Notes under the pieces: generated by a model
The model's database searches: none
What the model was told of the DNA's origin: nothing
What the model saw: the letters and a program-made list of their open reading frames with translations, nothing else
Translations under genes and position numbers: made by a program
Source of the DNA: an uncultured Clostridia bacterium
Lineage (GTDB): Bacteria; Bacillota; Clostridia; Christensenellales; CAG-314
NCBI GenBank assembly: GCA_944336125.1
Contig: CALVLA010000002.1
Span: 23,132 to 87,131, forward strand
Length of the DNA stretch: 64,000 bases
Direction: 5' to 3'
Shown here: positions 8,224 to 18,113 of the stretch, piece after piece
Layout: each line of letters begins with the position of its first letter
Numbering within the stretch: the first letter of the stretch is position 1

Positions 8224-9029
8224 TTCAAGTTTTCAAGCTCCTCGTTTCTTTTTCTGCTAGCCTCGAGCGTAGTTGCAATAATTTTTCCCATATCGCTTGC
8301 TTTAATTACATTGACCCCTTCAATTGTCGATCCGCCTTTTGAACAAACTGCCGAGATCAGCTCATCAAACGACTTGTCGGATTTTTTAGCCAATGTGGCA
8401 GATCCGATCGCCGTATTTAAAACCATTTCTCTCGCGACTTCTGAGGCAAATCCTTTTTTTATGCACTCATCATATATGTATTTATAAAACAATTGAAAAA
8501 AAGCTGGTCCGCAACCGCTGACAGAAGTAGCAAAATTAAATTCTTTTTCAGGTATTTCTACCAACTGCCCCATTGACAAAAGAGCATTTTTTAAAACCGA
8601 TTTGCTTGCTTCATTTAAACCGTTAAATTCAACTAAAGTAACACCGCATCCAAAACGACACGCCAAATTAGGCATTATACGTACAACAGAAACATCTTTA
8701 ACTCCCAGTGCCTTCTCAATGTTTTCGATTTTAATTCCTGCCATAATCGAAATGATGACTTCGCAGTTGATTTTTCCTGACAATTCTTCGCACAAAGACG
8801 AAAAGCTCTGAGGTTTTACTGCACAAAAAACAAAACGGCAATTTTCAGTCACATCAGAAGGCACCGAAGTCGTCGCGCACCCCCTTTTTGCAAATGTTTC
8901 TGTCTTTGAAATTTCCTTGTCGCAAAGCAAAATTTCATCTGGCTTTACCTTTCCTGCCGCTAAAAAACTTTCGGCTATTGCCGAAGCCATGTTTCCACAT
9001 CCTAAAAATCCAAATAAATACTTATACAT
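8220..9029 (-). CDS. proC: Pyrroline-5-carboxylate reductase
   Basis: FLGCGNMASAI Rossmann start and a ProC-like C-terminal domain (CSKGGSTIEG). SD AGGTGA lies upstream. Confidence 0.9.
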   Translation of the reverse strand: MYKYLFGFLGCGNMASAIAESFLAAGKVKPDEILLCDKEISKTETFAKRGCATTSVPSDVTENCRFVFCAVKPQSFSSLCEELSGKINCEVIISIMAGIKIENIEKALGVKDVSVVRIMPNLACRFGCGVTLVEFNGLNEASKSVLKNALLSMGQLVEIPEKEFNFATSVSGCGPAFFQLFYKYIYDECIKKGFASEVAREMVLNTAIGSATLAKKSDKSFDELISAVCSKGGSTIEGVNVIKASDMGKIIATTLEASRKRNEELENLK

Positions 9030-9057
9030 ATTGGTTCACCTTTTTTATTCATTTAAA

Positions 9058-9086
9058 TTGACTTTTTTTAACTTTTTATATATAAT
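9058..9086 (+). promoter_or_regulatory. Promoter of tRNA-Trp
   Basis: TTGACT (9058-9063), 17 nt spacer, TATAAT (9081-9086), 11 nt before the tRNA 5' end. Confidence 0.65.
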
Positions 9087-9097
9087 ATTGTTGTTTT

Positions 9098-9172
9098 AGG
9101 GGAGTGGCTCAACGGTAGAGTAGCGGTCTCCAAAACCGTAGGTTGCGTGTTCGAATCGCGTCTCCCCTGCCA
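9098..9172 (+). tRNA. tRNA-Trp (anticodon CCA)
   Basis: Cloverleaf by eye: acceptor AGGGGAG/CTCCCCT, anticodon loop CTCCAAA, T-loop GTTCGAATC, encoded 3' CCA. Confidence 0.95.
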
Positions 9173-9203
9173 AATACGACTTGAAATACAGTCGTATTTT
9201 TTA
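9173..9203 (+). terminator. Intrinsic terminator after tRNA-Trp
   Basis: AAATACGAC-loop-GTCGTATTT followed by a T-run. Confidence 0.75.
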
Positions 9204-9285
9204 TAGTCTTTATTTTACTTAATATATACAACAAAGTCAATTAAAGAAAAAATCTAAAGTCTATTAAAATTTTTAAGGTGTTATT

Positions 9286-10653
9286 ATGAGTAAAAAAAAT
9301 TACGGACTTTTAACCGCAATTACCATGATAGTCGGCATAGTTGTTGGCTCGGGTATATTTTTCAAAAGTTCGAGCATTTTGAAAGCTACCGATGGCAACA
9401 TTTTTCTGTCGATTTTAGTTTTTCTGATAGGCGCCATCGCAATAGTTTTCGGAAGCCTTACTTTGAGCGAACTCGCCTCAAAAACCGACAAGCCGGGAGG
9501 TGTCGTCACCTATTTTGAAGAATTTACAAATAAAGGACTGGCATCAGGTTTTGGTTGGTTTCAAACTTTTATTTACGCTCCTACCATAATTGTTGTAGTT
9601 TCCTGGGTAAGCAGCGTTTACATCGGACTTTTGTTCAATCTTAATCTTGAAATTGAAGGACAAATACTTATTGGTGCAGGATTTATGACTTTGTTGTTCC
9701 TGTGCAATACATTGTCTGCAAAAGTTGGCGGGTTCACGCAAAATATTGCAACGTTTATAAAATTCCTTCCTCTTCTCGCAATCGGAATTGCCGGCATCTT
9801 TTTTGCCGATCCGCAAATTTTTACTACAAACAACCCTCATTTTTCCACAGCAATCGAATCAACTGCATGGCTTGCAGCACTTGCTCCGATGGCATTCAGT
9901 TATGACGGATGGATATTGACGACTTCCATTTCGCATGAAATAAAAGACGCAAAACGCAATACGCCTAAAGCGTTGATTATTGCCCCTATTATTATCCTTT
10001 CGATATATTTGTTTTATTTTCTTGGAATAACAAACATGTTGGGCGTTGAAACTATTTTGAGCATGTCTGACGTAGACGCGGTGATGCTTGCAGCGCAAAA
10101 GATTTTCGGTGGTTTTGGCGCAAAACTTATTTTGGTTTTTGTTGTGGTGTCAATTTTAGGCACGGTAAACGGTTGTATACTGAGCGTAATAAGGATGCCT
10201 TATTCACTGGCCACAAAAAACATGATATTCAAATCAAACGTTTTCGTTAAAGAAAATAAGAAGAATAACATGCCTGTCAACAGCGCTCTTTGCGCTTTTG
10301 TTACTTGCCTTATTTGGTACATTTTGCATTATCTCACTCTGAAATTTAGTATTTTACCTCGTTCCGACATTTCGGAAATAGCGATTATTGCCAGCTATGT
10401 AATGTATACAATTTTGTACGTTAAAGTCATGATATTGAAAAGAAAAGGCGAAATAACTTCCGTGGTAAAAGGATGGATTTTCCCGATACTCGGTATTCTG
10501 GGAGCATTGATTATTCTCATAGGCGGTTTGTACATGAACTTTACTGTCTATTTGTTGTACATCATCGGTTGTTTGCTTGTTGTCGCCGCAGGCTTCGTGT
10601 CATATAAACACAAAGAAAAAAACAACAAAACAAATAACTTAATGAAAGAATAA
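9286..10653 (+). CDS. APC-family amino acid permease
   Basis: 455 aa with about 12 hydrophobic segments and an N-terminal GIVVGSGIF motif. SD AAGGTG lies upstream. Confidence 0.85.
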   Translation: MSKKNYGLLTAITMIVGIVVGSGIFFKSSSILKATDGNIFLSILVFLIGAIAIVFGSLTLSELASKTDKPGGVVTYFEEFTNKGLASGFGWFQTFIYAPTIIVVVSWVSSVYIGLLFNLNLEIEGQILIGAGFMTLLFLCNTLSAKVGGFTQNIATFIKFLPLLAIGIAGIFFADPQIFTTNNPHFSTAIESTAWLAALAPMAFSYDGWILTTSISHEIKDAKRNTPKALIIAPIIILSIYLFYFLGITNMLGVETILSMSDVDAVMLAAQKIFGGFGAKLILVFVVVSILGTVNGCILSVIRMPYSLATKNMIFKSNVFVKENKKNNMPVNSALCAFVTCLIWYILHYLTLKFSILPRSDISEIAIIASYVMYTILYVKVMILKRKGEITSVVKGWIFPILGILGALIILIGGLYMNFTVYLLYIIGCLLVVAAGFVSYKHKEKNNKTNNLMKE

Positions 10654-10654
10654 T

Positions 10655-10688
10655 TAAAAAAAGGCAGTCGCTTGACTGCCTTTTTTTA
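10655..10688. terminator. Bidirectional terminator between the permease and purB
   Basis: GGCAGTC-gctt-GACTGCC, flanked by an A-run and a T7 run. Confidence 0.8.
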
Positions 10689-12119
10689 AACCTCTATGTT
10701 TGCTGTTTCTCCGAGTTCGTTCTTGTTTTTTTCCAAGATTGGCTTGACTTCGTTTTCGATAAACTCTTCAACCTGACTTGCACTTCTTCCTATAAAAAAC
10801 ATCGGATTTATCATTTCATCTATATCGTCGCGAACTTTTGCAAATGCATCGTCATTTTTAATCAATTCAATCAAATTGCAAGCTTTTCCCTCTTTTTTGA
10901 CGGCATATGAAGCTTGCATTGAAAGTTCCCTTATTCTCTCGTGCAACTCTTGCCTGTTACCTCCGGCCTTTACGCAAGCCATGAGAATATTTTCCGTAGC
11001 CATGAAAGGTAATTCTTCCCTGATATGCTTTTCGATAACCTTGTCGTTAACAACAAGATTTTCGGAAATATTCATGTAAAGATTAAGTATTGCGTCAACC
11101 GCCAAAAAGGCCTGAGCAATGACAATTCGTCTGTTTGCAGAATCGTCAAGTGTTCTTTCCATCCACTGCGTTGCTGCCGTAAACGCCGTATTTACTGGCA
11201 AACTCATCACATATCTTGAAAGTGCGCAAATCCTCTCACTTCTCATCGGATTACGTTTGTAAGCCATTGCGGACGAACCTATCTGAGACTTTTCAAAAGG
11301 TTCTTCAACTTCTTTTATGCTTTGCAAAATCCTTATGTCGTTAGCAAATTTAGATGCACTTTGAGCTATTCCGCTGAGAACGTTCAAAATGTTGGAATCG
11401 TATTTTCTGGTATATGTCTGACCAGTTACCGCAAATGCTTTTCCAAAGCCCATTTTTTTGACTACGAGTTTTTCGAGCTGTCTGACTTTTTCATGATCAC
11501 CGTCAAACAAATTTAAAAAACTTGCCTGCGTACCAGTAGTCCCTTTTACACCGCGAAGCATTGTGTTTTCGATGACAAACTCAAGATTGTGATAATCCAA
11601 AACAAGCTCATATGCCCACAAAGTAGCTCTTTTTCCTACAGTCGTAAGCTGCGCCGGCTGTAAATGCGTAAACCCAAGCGTAGGCAATGCCTTGTATTTT
11701 TCAGCAAAATCCGCGAGCTTTTCAATTGTATTTACAAGTTTTTTTCTAACAAGACAAAGTGCCTGGTAAAAATTTATCAAATCGGCATTGTCCGTAACAT
11801 AGCAACTTGTCGCCCCCAAATGTATTATAGGAGCTGCTTTAGGACACAACTGAGAAAAAGCAAACACATGAGCCATAACGTCATGGCGAACTTCTTTTTC
11901 TCTTTTTACCGCGACATCATAATTTATATCGTAAATATGCTGCTTCATCTCGTCGATTTGTTCCTGAGTTATTACGTCAAGACCAAGTTCCTTTTCCGAC
12001 TCTGCCAAAGCAATCCAGAGCTTTCTCCATGTAGAAAACTTTTGATCGTCAGAAAATATTTTGCTCATTTCCTTGCTTGCGTAACGTGTAATAAGCGGAT
12101 TTTCGTATCTGTCTGTCAT
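10686..12119 (-). CDS. purB: Adenylosuccinate lyase
   Basis: Fumarate-lyase signature GSSAMAYKRNP, 477 aa. Confidence 0.95.
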   Translation of the reverse strand: MTDRYENPLITRYASKEMSKIFSDDQKFSTWRKLWIALAESEKELGLDVITQEQIDEMKQHIYDINYDVAVKREKEVRHDVMAHVFAFSQLCPKAAPIIHLGATSCYVTDNADLINFYQALCLVRKKLVNTIEKLADFAEKYKALPTLGFTHLQPAQLTTVGKRATLWAYELVLDYHNLEFVIENTMLRGVKGTTGTQASFLNLFDGDHEKVRQLEKLVVKKMGFGKAFAVTGQTYTRKYDSNILNVLSGIAQSASKFANDIRILQSIKEVEEPFEKSQIGSSAMAYKRNPMRSERICALSRYVMSLPVNTAFTAATQWMERTLDDSANRRIVIAQAFLAVDAILNLYMNISENLVVNDKVIEKHIREELPFMATENILMACVKAGGNRQELHERIRELSMQASYAVKKEGKACNLIELIKNDDAFAKVRDDIDEMINPMFFIGRSASQVEEFIENEVKPILEKNKNELGETANIEV

Positions 12120-12145
12120 TGTAAAACTCCCTCAAACAATTTTAA

Positions 12146-12176
12146 TCAAAAAAAGGCGGATAAACTCCGCCTTTTA
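12146..12176 (-). terminator. Intrinsic terminator after rny
   Basis: On the minus strand: GGCGGA-GTTTA-TCCGCC then T7. It sits only ~27 nt before the purB ATG. Confidence 0.75.
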
Positions 12177-12182
12177 TAAGGA

Positions 12183-13784
12183 CTATTTTGCGTATTCGAC
12201 GCTGCGTGTTTCCCTGATGACGTTAACTTTAATTTGTCCGGGATATTCCATTTCGCTTTCAATGCGTTTTGCGATATCCTTTGCCAGCAATACGGTAGTA
12301 GCGTCGTTTACGACTTCAGGCTTAACCATAACTCTGATTTCCCTGCCTGCTTGCACGGCATAAGTTTTTTGAACACCGTTGAACGAATTGCAAATTTCTT
12401 CCAGTTTTTCAAGACGTTTCGTATAAGCTTCGATAGTTTCGCGTCTCGCGCCGGGTCTAGCGCCTGACATGGCATCCGCAGCAGCAACAAGCACAGCTTC
12501 AACCGTAGCAGGTTCCACATCGCCGTGATGTGCCATAATAGCGTTTACTACTTCCTTGCTTTCTTTATATTTTTTCGCAAGGTTTGCGCCTATTTCGATG
12601 TGAGTGCCTTCGACCTCATGATCCACTGCTTTTCCTATGTCGTGAAGCAATCCGGCACGTTTTGCCAAAGCAACGTCTACACCCAGTTCCGCAGCCATCA
12701 TGCCTGCGATGTATGAAACTTCAAGCGAATGTTTCAAAACATTTTGTCCGTAACTAGTCCTGAATTTAAGCCTACCGAGTGTCTTAACAAGTTCAGGATG
12801 AACACCGAAAATTCCCGCATCATAAATAGCGGCTTCGCCGGCTTCCTTGATTGACTGTTCGACTTCCTTTCTGACTTTTTCGACGGTTTCTTCAATTCTT
12901 GCAGGATGAATCCTTCCGTCGGTGATAAGTTTTTCGATTGCTTTTGACGCTATGTGACGCCTTACTGGATCAAATCCAGAAGCTATAACCACTTCAGGAG
13001 TATCGTCGATAATGATGTCAATACCGGTTGCGTTTTCAAGTGCCCTGATGTTTCTTCCTTCACGACCGATGATTCTGCCCTTCATGTCGTCGTTAGGAAG
13101 CGGAATAGTTGTTACAGTGATTTCGGACACCTGATCAGCGGCACATCTTTGGATAACCGTGCTTATGATTTCACGCGCCTTCTTCTCACCGTTTTCTTTT
13201 GCTTCGTTTTCAATGTCACGAACAATGTTTGCCGCATCTTTTCTTGCATCCGCAACAATGGAATCGACAAGCATTTGTTTTGCTTCTTCCTTTGTCATGG
13301 CAGAAACTTTTTCCAATTCGGCTACAACCTTGTCGTTTGCCTTATCGAGTTCCGCCTGCTTTTTGGAAAGTTGTTCCTGTTGCTGTTTCAAGGATTTTTG
13401 CTGCTGCTCAATGACTTCCTGTTTTTTGTCGAGACTTGCCTCTTTTTTGTCAAGAGATTCTTCTTTTTGAATAAGACGAACTTCCTGTTTTTGAATTTCG
13501 TTTCTTCTTTCCTTGATTTCACGTTCGGATTCGGTTTTAAGCTTCAAAACCTCTTCCTTTGCTTCGATAATTGCTTCTTTTTTGAGTGTTTTTGCTTCTA
13601 ATTTGGATTCTTCAATAATAGTTTGAGCTACGTTATTAGCATTGCCGATTTTATTTTTAACAACAATATGTTTAATAAAAAAACCTAACGCGGCGCCCGC
13701 GACCAAAGCGACTATCGGCAAAACGACAGTCAAAATGTCAGTACCATTTTGGAGAAACAAAACACAAAGCATCTTGTTTAACAT
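12183..13784 (-). CDS. rny: Ribonuclease Y
   Basis: N-terminal TM helix, coiled-coil, KH domain (GREGRNIR) and HD domain (LLHDIGK). I chose the start at MLNKM (13784), preceded by GGAGGA. Confidence 0.95.
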   Translation of the reverse strand: MLNKMLCVLFLQNGTDILTVVLPIVALVAGAALGFFIKHIVVKNKIGNANNVAQTIIEESKLEAKTLKKEAIIEAKEEVLKLKTESEREIKERRNEIQKQEVRLIQKEESLDKKEASLDKKQEVIEQQQKSLKQQQEQLSKKQAELDKANDKVVAELEKVSAMTKEEAKQMLVDSIVADARKDAANIVRDIENEAKENGEKKAREIISTVIQRCAADQVSEITVTTIPLPNDDMKGRIIGREGRNIRALENATGIDIIIDDTPEVVIASGFDPVRRHIASKAIEKLITDGRIHPARIEETVEKVRKEVEQSIKEAGEAAIYDAGIFGVHPELVKTLGRLKFRTSYGQNVLKHSLEVSYIAGMMAAELGVDVALAKRAGLLHDIGKAVDHEVEGTHIEIGANLAKKYKESKEVVNAIMAHHGDVEPATVEAVLVAAADAMSGARPGARRETIEAYTKRLEKLEEICNSFNGVQKTYAVQAGREIRVMVKPEVVNDATTVLLAKDIAKRIESEMEYPGQIKVNVIRETRSVEYAK

Positions 13785-13860
13785 AATTCCTCCATTGGCA
13801 TTTTTCAATTATAAATCGACAACCACATTTTGTTGCCGAAAGAATTTTAACACCATAAAT

Positions 13861-13889
13861 ATTGTACAAAAAATACAAGCCGATGTCAA
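13861..13889 (-). promoter_or_regulatory. Candidate rny promoter
   Basis: On the minus strand: TTGACA (13884-13889), 17 nt spacer, TACAAT (13861-13866). Confidence 0.55.
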
Positions 13890-13920
13890 CATCATTTTTA
13901 AGCCGAAACAGCCTAAAATA

Positions 13921-13951
13921 AAGAAAAACGCCCGTTTTCGGGCGTTTTTTG
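13921..13951 (-). terminator. Intrinsic terminator after recA
   Basis: On the minus strand: AACGCCCG-AAAA-CGGGCGTT followed by a T-run. Confidence 0.85.
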
Positions 13952-13960
13952 AAAAATTTT

Positions 13961-14983
13961 TCAATTGTTTTCAATAGTTTCTTCTTCTGCTGCGACAAGG
14001 CCTATTTTTTGTTTTATTTTAAGTTCTATTTCGTTCATAGTATCTTCGTTTTGCAGCAAAAAGTTTTTGGCATTTTCCTTACCCTGACCAATTTTAGCGT
14101 CATTGTAGGAAAACCACGAACCGCTTTTTTCGATAATACCGTTTTCTACGGCAAGATCCAAAATGCAGCCGGCCTTGCTTACCCCCTGTCCGTAAACGAT
14201 ATCAAATTCTGCCGTTTTGAAAGGAGGCGCAAGTTTATTTTTGACCACCTTAACTCTGGTCCTGTTACCTATAATATTGGCGCCGTCTTTTACCTGATCA
14301 ACTTTTCTGACATCGAGTCTTATGCTTGCATAAAATTTCAATGCCTTTCCGCCTGTGGTTGTTTCAGGCGATCCGAACATAACGCCCACCTTGTCCCTCA
14401 GCTGGTTGATAAAAACAACGCATGTATTTGACTTGTTTATGATGGCCGTCAGTTTTCTCAACGCCTGAGACATAAGTCTTGCTTGAAGTCCCATATGTGA
14501 ATCGCCCATTTCTCCGTCAATTTCGGCCTTAGGCGTGAGAGCAGCTACCGAGTCGATAACGATTACGTCTATTGCCGCGCTACGCACCAACTGTTCGGTA
14601 ATGTCGAGAGCTTGTTCACCCGTATCAGGCTGAGAAATGTAAAGGTTATCAAGGTTGACTCCCAACTTTAACGCATATGAAGGATCGAGAGCATGTTCCG
14701 CATCGATAAAGGCAACTACGCCGTTTTTCTTTTGAGCTTCGGCAATGATATGAAGCGCAATTGTGGTTTTACCTGAAGATTCGGGTCCGTAAATTTCAAT
14801 GATTCTGCCACGAGGTACACCGCCTATTCCCAAAGCGATATCCAACGCAAGGCAACCGGTAGGAATAACTTCGATGTTTTTTATAGTCGAAGCGTCTCCG
14901 TATTTCATAATCGAGCCTTTACCGAATTGCTTTTCGATTTGCAAAATTGCCTGGTCTAGGCTTTTTTTCTTTTCGTCGTTCAT
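13961..14983 (-). CDS. recA: Recombinase RecA
   Basis: Walker [10 protein letters not shown] and an unmistakable RecA core, 340 aa. Confidence 0.98.
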   Translation of the reverse strand: MNDEKKKSLDQAILQIEKQFGKGSIMKYGDASTIKNIEVIPTGCLALDIALGIGGVPRGRIIEIYGPESSGKTTIALHIIAEAQKKNGVVAFIDAEHALDPSYALKLGVNLDNLYISQPDTGEQALDITEQLVRSAAIDVIVIDSVAALTPKAEIDGEMGDSHMGLQARLMSQALRKLTAIINKSNTCVVFINQLRDKVGVMFGSPETTTGGKALKFYASIRLDVRKVDQVKDGANIIGNRTRVKVVKNKLAPPFKTAEFDIVYGQGVSKAGCILDLAVENGIIEKSGSWFSYNDAKIGQGKENAKNFLLQNEDTMNEIELKIKQKIGLVAAEEETIENN

Positions 14984-14992
14984 AGTTCCCTC

Positions 14993-16204
14993 TTATTTAT
15001 GTTTTTTTATGAATTTTATCAGCAAAAACAAAGCAGTTTTTGCGGCTTTTTGCCTTACAGTATTTCTTGATCCGGAAAACACATATCGATGGATATGAAT
15101 TCCCTTGCTGTCGCCTACCGAAATATAAGTCAGCCCCACAGGTTTTTGCGCGCTGCCGCCCGAAGGTCCGGCGATTCCGGTTGTCGCCACAACGACATCG
15201 CATTGCGAAGTATTTAAAAGTCCGGTTGCCATTTGATAAGCCGTTTCACTGCTGACCGCCCCAAATTGTGAAAGCGTTTGATTTTTCACCAGCAGCCGCG
15301 AGTGCTTAGCTTCGTTTGAATAAGTTACGCACCCTTCAAACAGAACTTCGCTTGCTCCGGAAACGTCTATCAGTTTAGCCGCTATTTCTCCGCCTGTAAG
15401 CGATTCGGCTACCGACAGCTTTCTGCCGTAAAGTTTTAACAAATCTACGGCGACTTCCTGAAGTTCAAAGTCGTCTACGGAATACAAGCTGTCTTTGAAA
15501 TTTTCTATCAACAGTGCATTAATCTCATCAATAGTAGATTGCGACATCCTTGGAGCGCATTTTAAAACAATTCGCGTATCCCCTGTTTCATCTGTTGTGT
15601 AAGAATAAGAGCAGGATTTAAATTTATCAAGCTGCTTAAGGCTGCTATCAATTTCTTCTGTCCTTGCACCGAACAGTTTGTAAACATACTTATTTCTTTT
15701 GCTGTCAGAGTTGTTAAGCAAATACTTTTCAAGATAAGTCGAATAAATATATTTACATTCTTCCTCATTATCCGGAATAAGGACTACTTCTTTTCCCTCA
15801 AAGCGTCCGATTGCCCCCATTTCATAACCGAATACATTTGGATAACACTCAAATCCGTCAGGAAAACTCAAAAGTCTTTCCTGGGCAAAAACAGGCGGGA
15901 GCGGTTGTCCGCTAAGTGCTACATACCGGTTTAAATTGTCCTGAGCTATTTGAGTATAAACCGAATTTACGTTAAAGCGTTGCGTAAGCACTTCCTTGAG
16001 AATGTCCTTTTCGGCATAGCCTTGACCGCCCACAAAAACAATCATTTCGCTGTCTTTTGCCGAAATGTCAAACATCTTGTTTATGTTGTCTGCGGTCTGG
16101 TCGACAACGACGCTTGAAGAAATTTCAACGTCGTCCTCTTTCATTTTTGAAAAAAGATACCCGAAAGCCGCAGAACAAGTAAACGATATAACAGAAACTC
16201 TCAT
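14993..16204 (-). CDS. cinA: CinA-family protein with a conserved C-terminal nicotinamide-nucleotide amidase (PncC) domain
   Basis: C-terminal SVAESLTGGEIA...ATTGIAGPSGG...PVGLTYISV. The N-terminal domain is divergent. Confidence 0.85.
   Translation of the reverse strand: MRVSVISFTCSAAFGYLFSKMKEDDVEISSSVVVDQTADNINKMFDISAKDSEMIVFVGGQGYAEKDILKEVLTQRFNVNSVYTQIAQDNLNRYVALSGQPLPPVFAQERLLSFPDGFECYPNVFGYEMGAIGRFEGKEVVLIPDNEEECKYIYSTYLEKYLLNNSDSKRNKYVYKLFGARTEEIDSSLKQLDKFKSCSYSYTTDETGDTRIVLKCAPRMSQSTIDEINALLIENFKDSLYSVDDFELQEVAVDLLKLYGRKLSVAESLTGGEIAAKLIDVSGASEVLFEGCVTYSNEAKHSRLLVKNQTLSQFGAVSSETAYQMATGLLNTSQCDVVVATTGIAGPSGGSAQKPVGLTYISVGDSKGIHIHRYVFSGSRNTVRQKAAKTALFLLIKFIKKHK
15013..15043 (-). promoter_or_regulatory. 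Candidate internal recA promoter (extended -10) with adjacent 8-bp-arm inverted repeat, inside the cinA 3' end
   Basis: On the minus strand: GCAAAAAC-TGCTTT-GTTTTTGC (15022-15043), immediately followed by TGaTAAAAT (-10 at 15013-15018), ~30 nt before the recA ATG. Confidence 0.4.
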
Positions 16205-16794
16205 TTATTTTCCTTATCTTCTGCAAAAACACTTTTGTTTTGTACCAGATAAACGACGCCTGAAATAATGGTAAGCAATGTAGCTAACCCCAAAATACTC
16301 CAACAGAATATCTGATAAACATCAAAAAATTGCTGTGAAAAAGCATTTACGATTACGTCCTTCATTTTTAAAAGCATTGTTGCCGGAAGCGCGATATCCT
16401 GAACGAAGGTTTTGATTTTTCCATAAATGTTGGCTTGTATCACTTTACCTTTGCTTGCCGCTATCTGTCTTACTGCACTTATCAGCAACTCACGCCCCAT
16501 AATTATGCCGCCGCAAAACGCACCGAAACCGACAGGGATAAGATTTGCTTCCACTACTAAAAACAGCGAAAACAAAATCAACAATTTGTCGGCAATTGGA
16601 TCGAGCAACTTTCCGAGGTCAGTCACCATATTGTATTTTCTTGCAATATGACCATCGAGAAAATCGGTAAATGCCGCTACTATAAACACACCCACCGCAA
16701 TTAACGGAGCATAGGCGAAGTTTATGTAGAATACTATTGCCATGACGGGCACCAAAATAATTCTCAGGCATGACAATTTGTTTGGTAAATTCAT
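16201..16794 (-). CDS. pgsA: CDP-diacylglycerol--glycerol-3-phosphate 3-phosphatidyltransferase
   Basis: CDP-alcohol motif DFLDGHIARKYNMVTDLGKLLDPIADK. Confidence 0.9.
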   Translation of the reverse strand: MNLPNKLSCLRIILVPVMAIVFYINFAYAPLIAVGVFIVAAFTDFLDGHIARKYNMVTDLGKLLDPIADKLLILFSLFLVVEANLIPVGFGAFCGGIIMGRELLISAVRQIAASKGKVIQANIYGKIKTFVQDIALPATMLLKMKDVIVNAFSQQFFDVYQIFCWSILGLATLLTIISGVVYLVQNKSVFAEDKENK

Positions 16795-18113
16795 ACTTTT
16801 TCTCCTATCAAATCATAGTTGTCAAATTTTTTAATTTCGACTTCAACAAACTCACCGTCAAGAAGCTTGTCCTTTGTATAAACAAAAATAGTTCCGTCGA
16901 TGTCAGGAGCATTATACTGGCTTCTGCATGCGTACAAATTCAAGCCGTTTTTGTCTGAAACAATGGAATCGACAACGACTTCCATCTTTTTGCCGACAAA
17001 TTGCTTGTTGATTTGCAAAACGTTTTGATATTGTACTTCCGCAACTTCGGCAAGCCTGTCGTTTTTTACTTTATCGGGCAGCTGATCTTTCATTCTTGCC
17101 GCCGCAGTACCTTCTTCCTGAGAGTAAGCAAAAAAACCGACATTATTCATTTTTTGCTTTTTGACAAAAGCTTTCAAATTTTCAAAGTCCTGCTGAGTTT
17201 CCCCTGGAAAGCCAAGTATAAACGTCGACCTGATTGAAATATCCGGCACAAATTTTCTTAATTTGTCAAAAAGCTCTTCTAATGCCTCTTTTGTCGAACG
17301 ACGCCCCATCCTTTTTAAGACGGAATTTTCACTGTGCTGCAAAGGAATATCAATATATTTTGCAACTTTTTTGTTTGAGGCAATTTCATTTATCAGTTCG
17401 TCGTCAATAAGCTCCGGATAGCAATAAAGCAACCTTATCCATTTTATACCCTCTATTTCTGACAACTGTCTAATAAGCGTAACAAGTGATTTTTTACCGT
17501 AAATGTCGACTCCGTACTTAGTAAGATCTTGCGCAATAAGGATTAATTCTTTAGTTCCGCTTTTCGCAAGCACTTGAGCCTCGGCAATTATGCTTTCAAT
17601 TCTTCTTGAACGATATTTTCCGCGAATTGAAGGTATCAGGCAGTAAGTGCAAAAATTGTCGCAGCCGTCTGCCACTTTAAGATAAGCGTAATGCTTCGGA
17701 GTGGTAACGATCCTTTCTCCCTCTTCGATTCTTGCGGTATTTGGTGAAACTTTAAAACAACGGCTGTTTAGATTTTTTAAAAAATCGGCAATGCTTTCAT
17801 AATCGTTTGTACCCAAAAAGCCGTCCACTTCGGTAAATTCGTCGAAAAGCTGATCGATAAACTTTTGAGGCATACAACCGGTCATGACAAGTTTTTTGCA
17901 TTTACCGTTTTTGTACTTTGCCATTTCAAAAACAGTATCAATCGATTCTTTTCGTGCCGACTCAATGAAGGCGCATGTATTGACAATTATAATATCGGCT
18001 TGCGAAGGATCGCCGGTTATCTCAAATCCGCCTTTTTTCAAGTTGTATAACATTATTTCGCTGTCGACGCGGTTTTTATCGCAACCGAGTGACACAACAC
18101 CGACTTTAACCAT
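16791..18113 (-). CDS. rimO: Ribosomal protein S12 methylthiotransferase
   Basis: MTTase N-domain (VSLGCDKN), radical SAM CDNFCTYC and a TRAM C-terminus. I chose the start at MVKVGVV (18113). Confidence 0.9.
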   Translation of the reverse strand: MVKVGVVSLGCDKNRVDSEIMLYNLKKGGFEITGDPSQADIIIVNTCAFIESARKESIDTVFEMAKYKNGKCKKLVMTGCMPQKFIDQLFDEFTEVDGFLGTNDYESIADFLKNLNSRCFKVSPNTARIEEGERIVTTPKHYAYLKVADGCDNFCTYCLIPSIRGKYRSRRIESIIAEAQVLAKSGTKELILIAQDLTKYGVDIYGKKSLVTLIRQLSEIEGIKWIRLLYCYPELIDDELINEIASNKKVAKYIDIPLQHSENSVLKRMGRRSTKEALEELFDKLRKFVPDISIRSTFILGFPGETQQDFENLKAFVKKQKMNNVGFFAYSQEEGTAAARMKDQLPDKVKNDRLAEVAEVQYQNVLQINKQFVGKKMEVVVDSIVSDKNGLNLYACRSQYNAPDIDGTIFVYTKDKLLDGEFVEVEIKKFDNYDLIGEKV

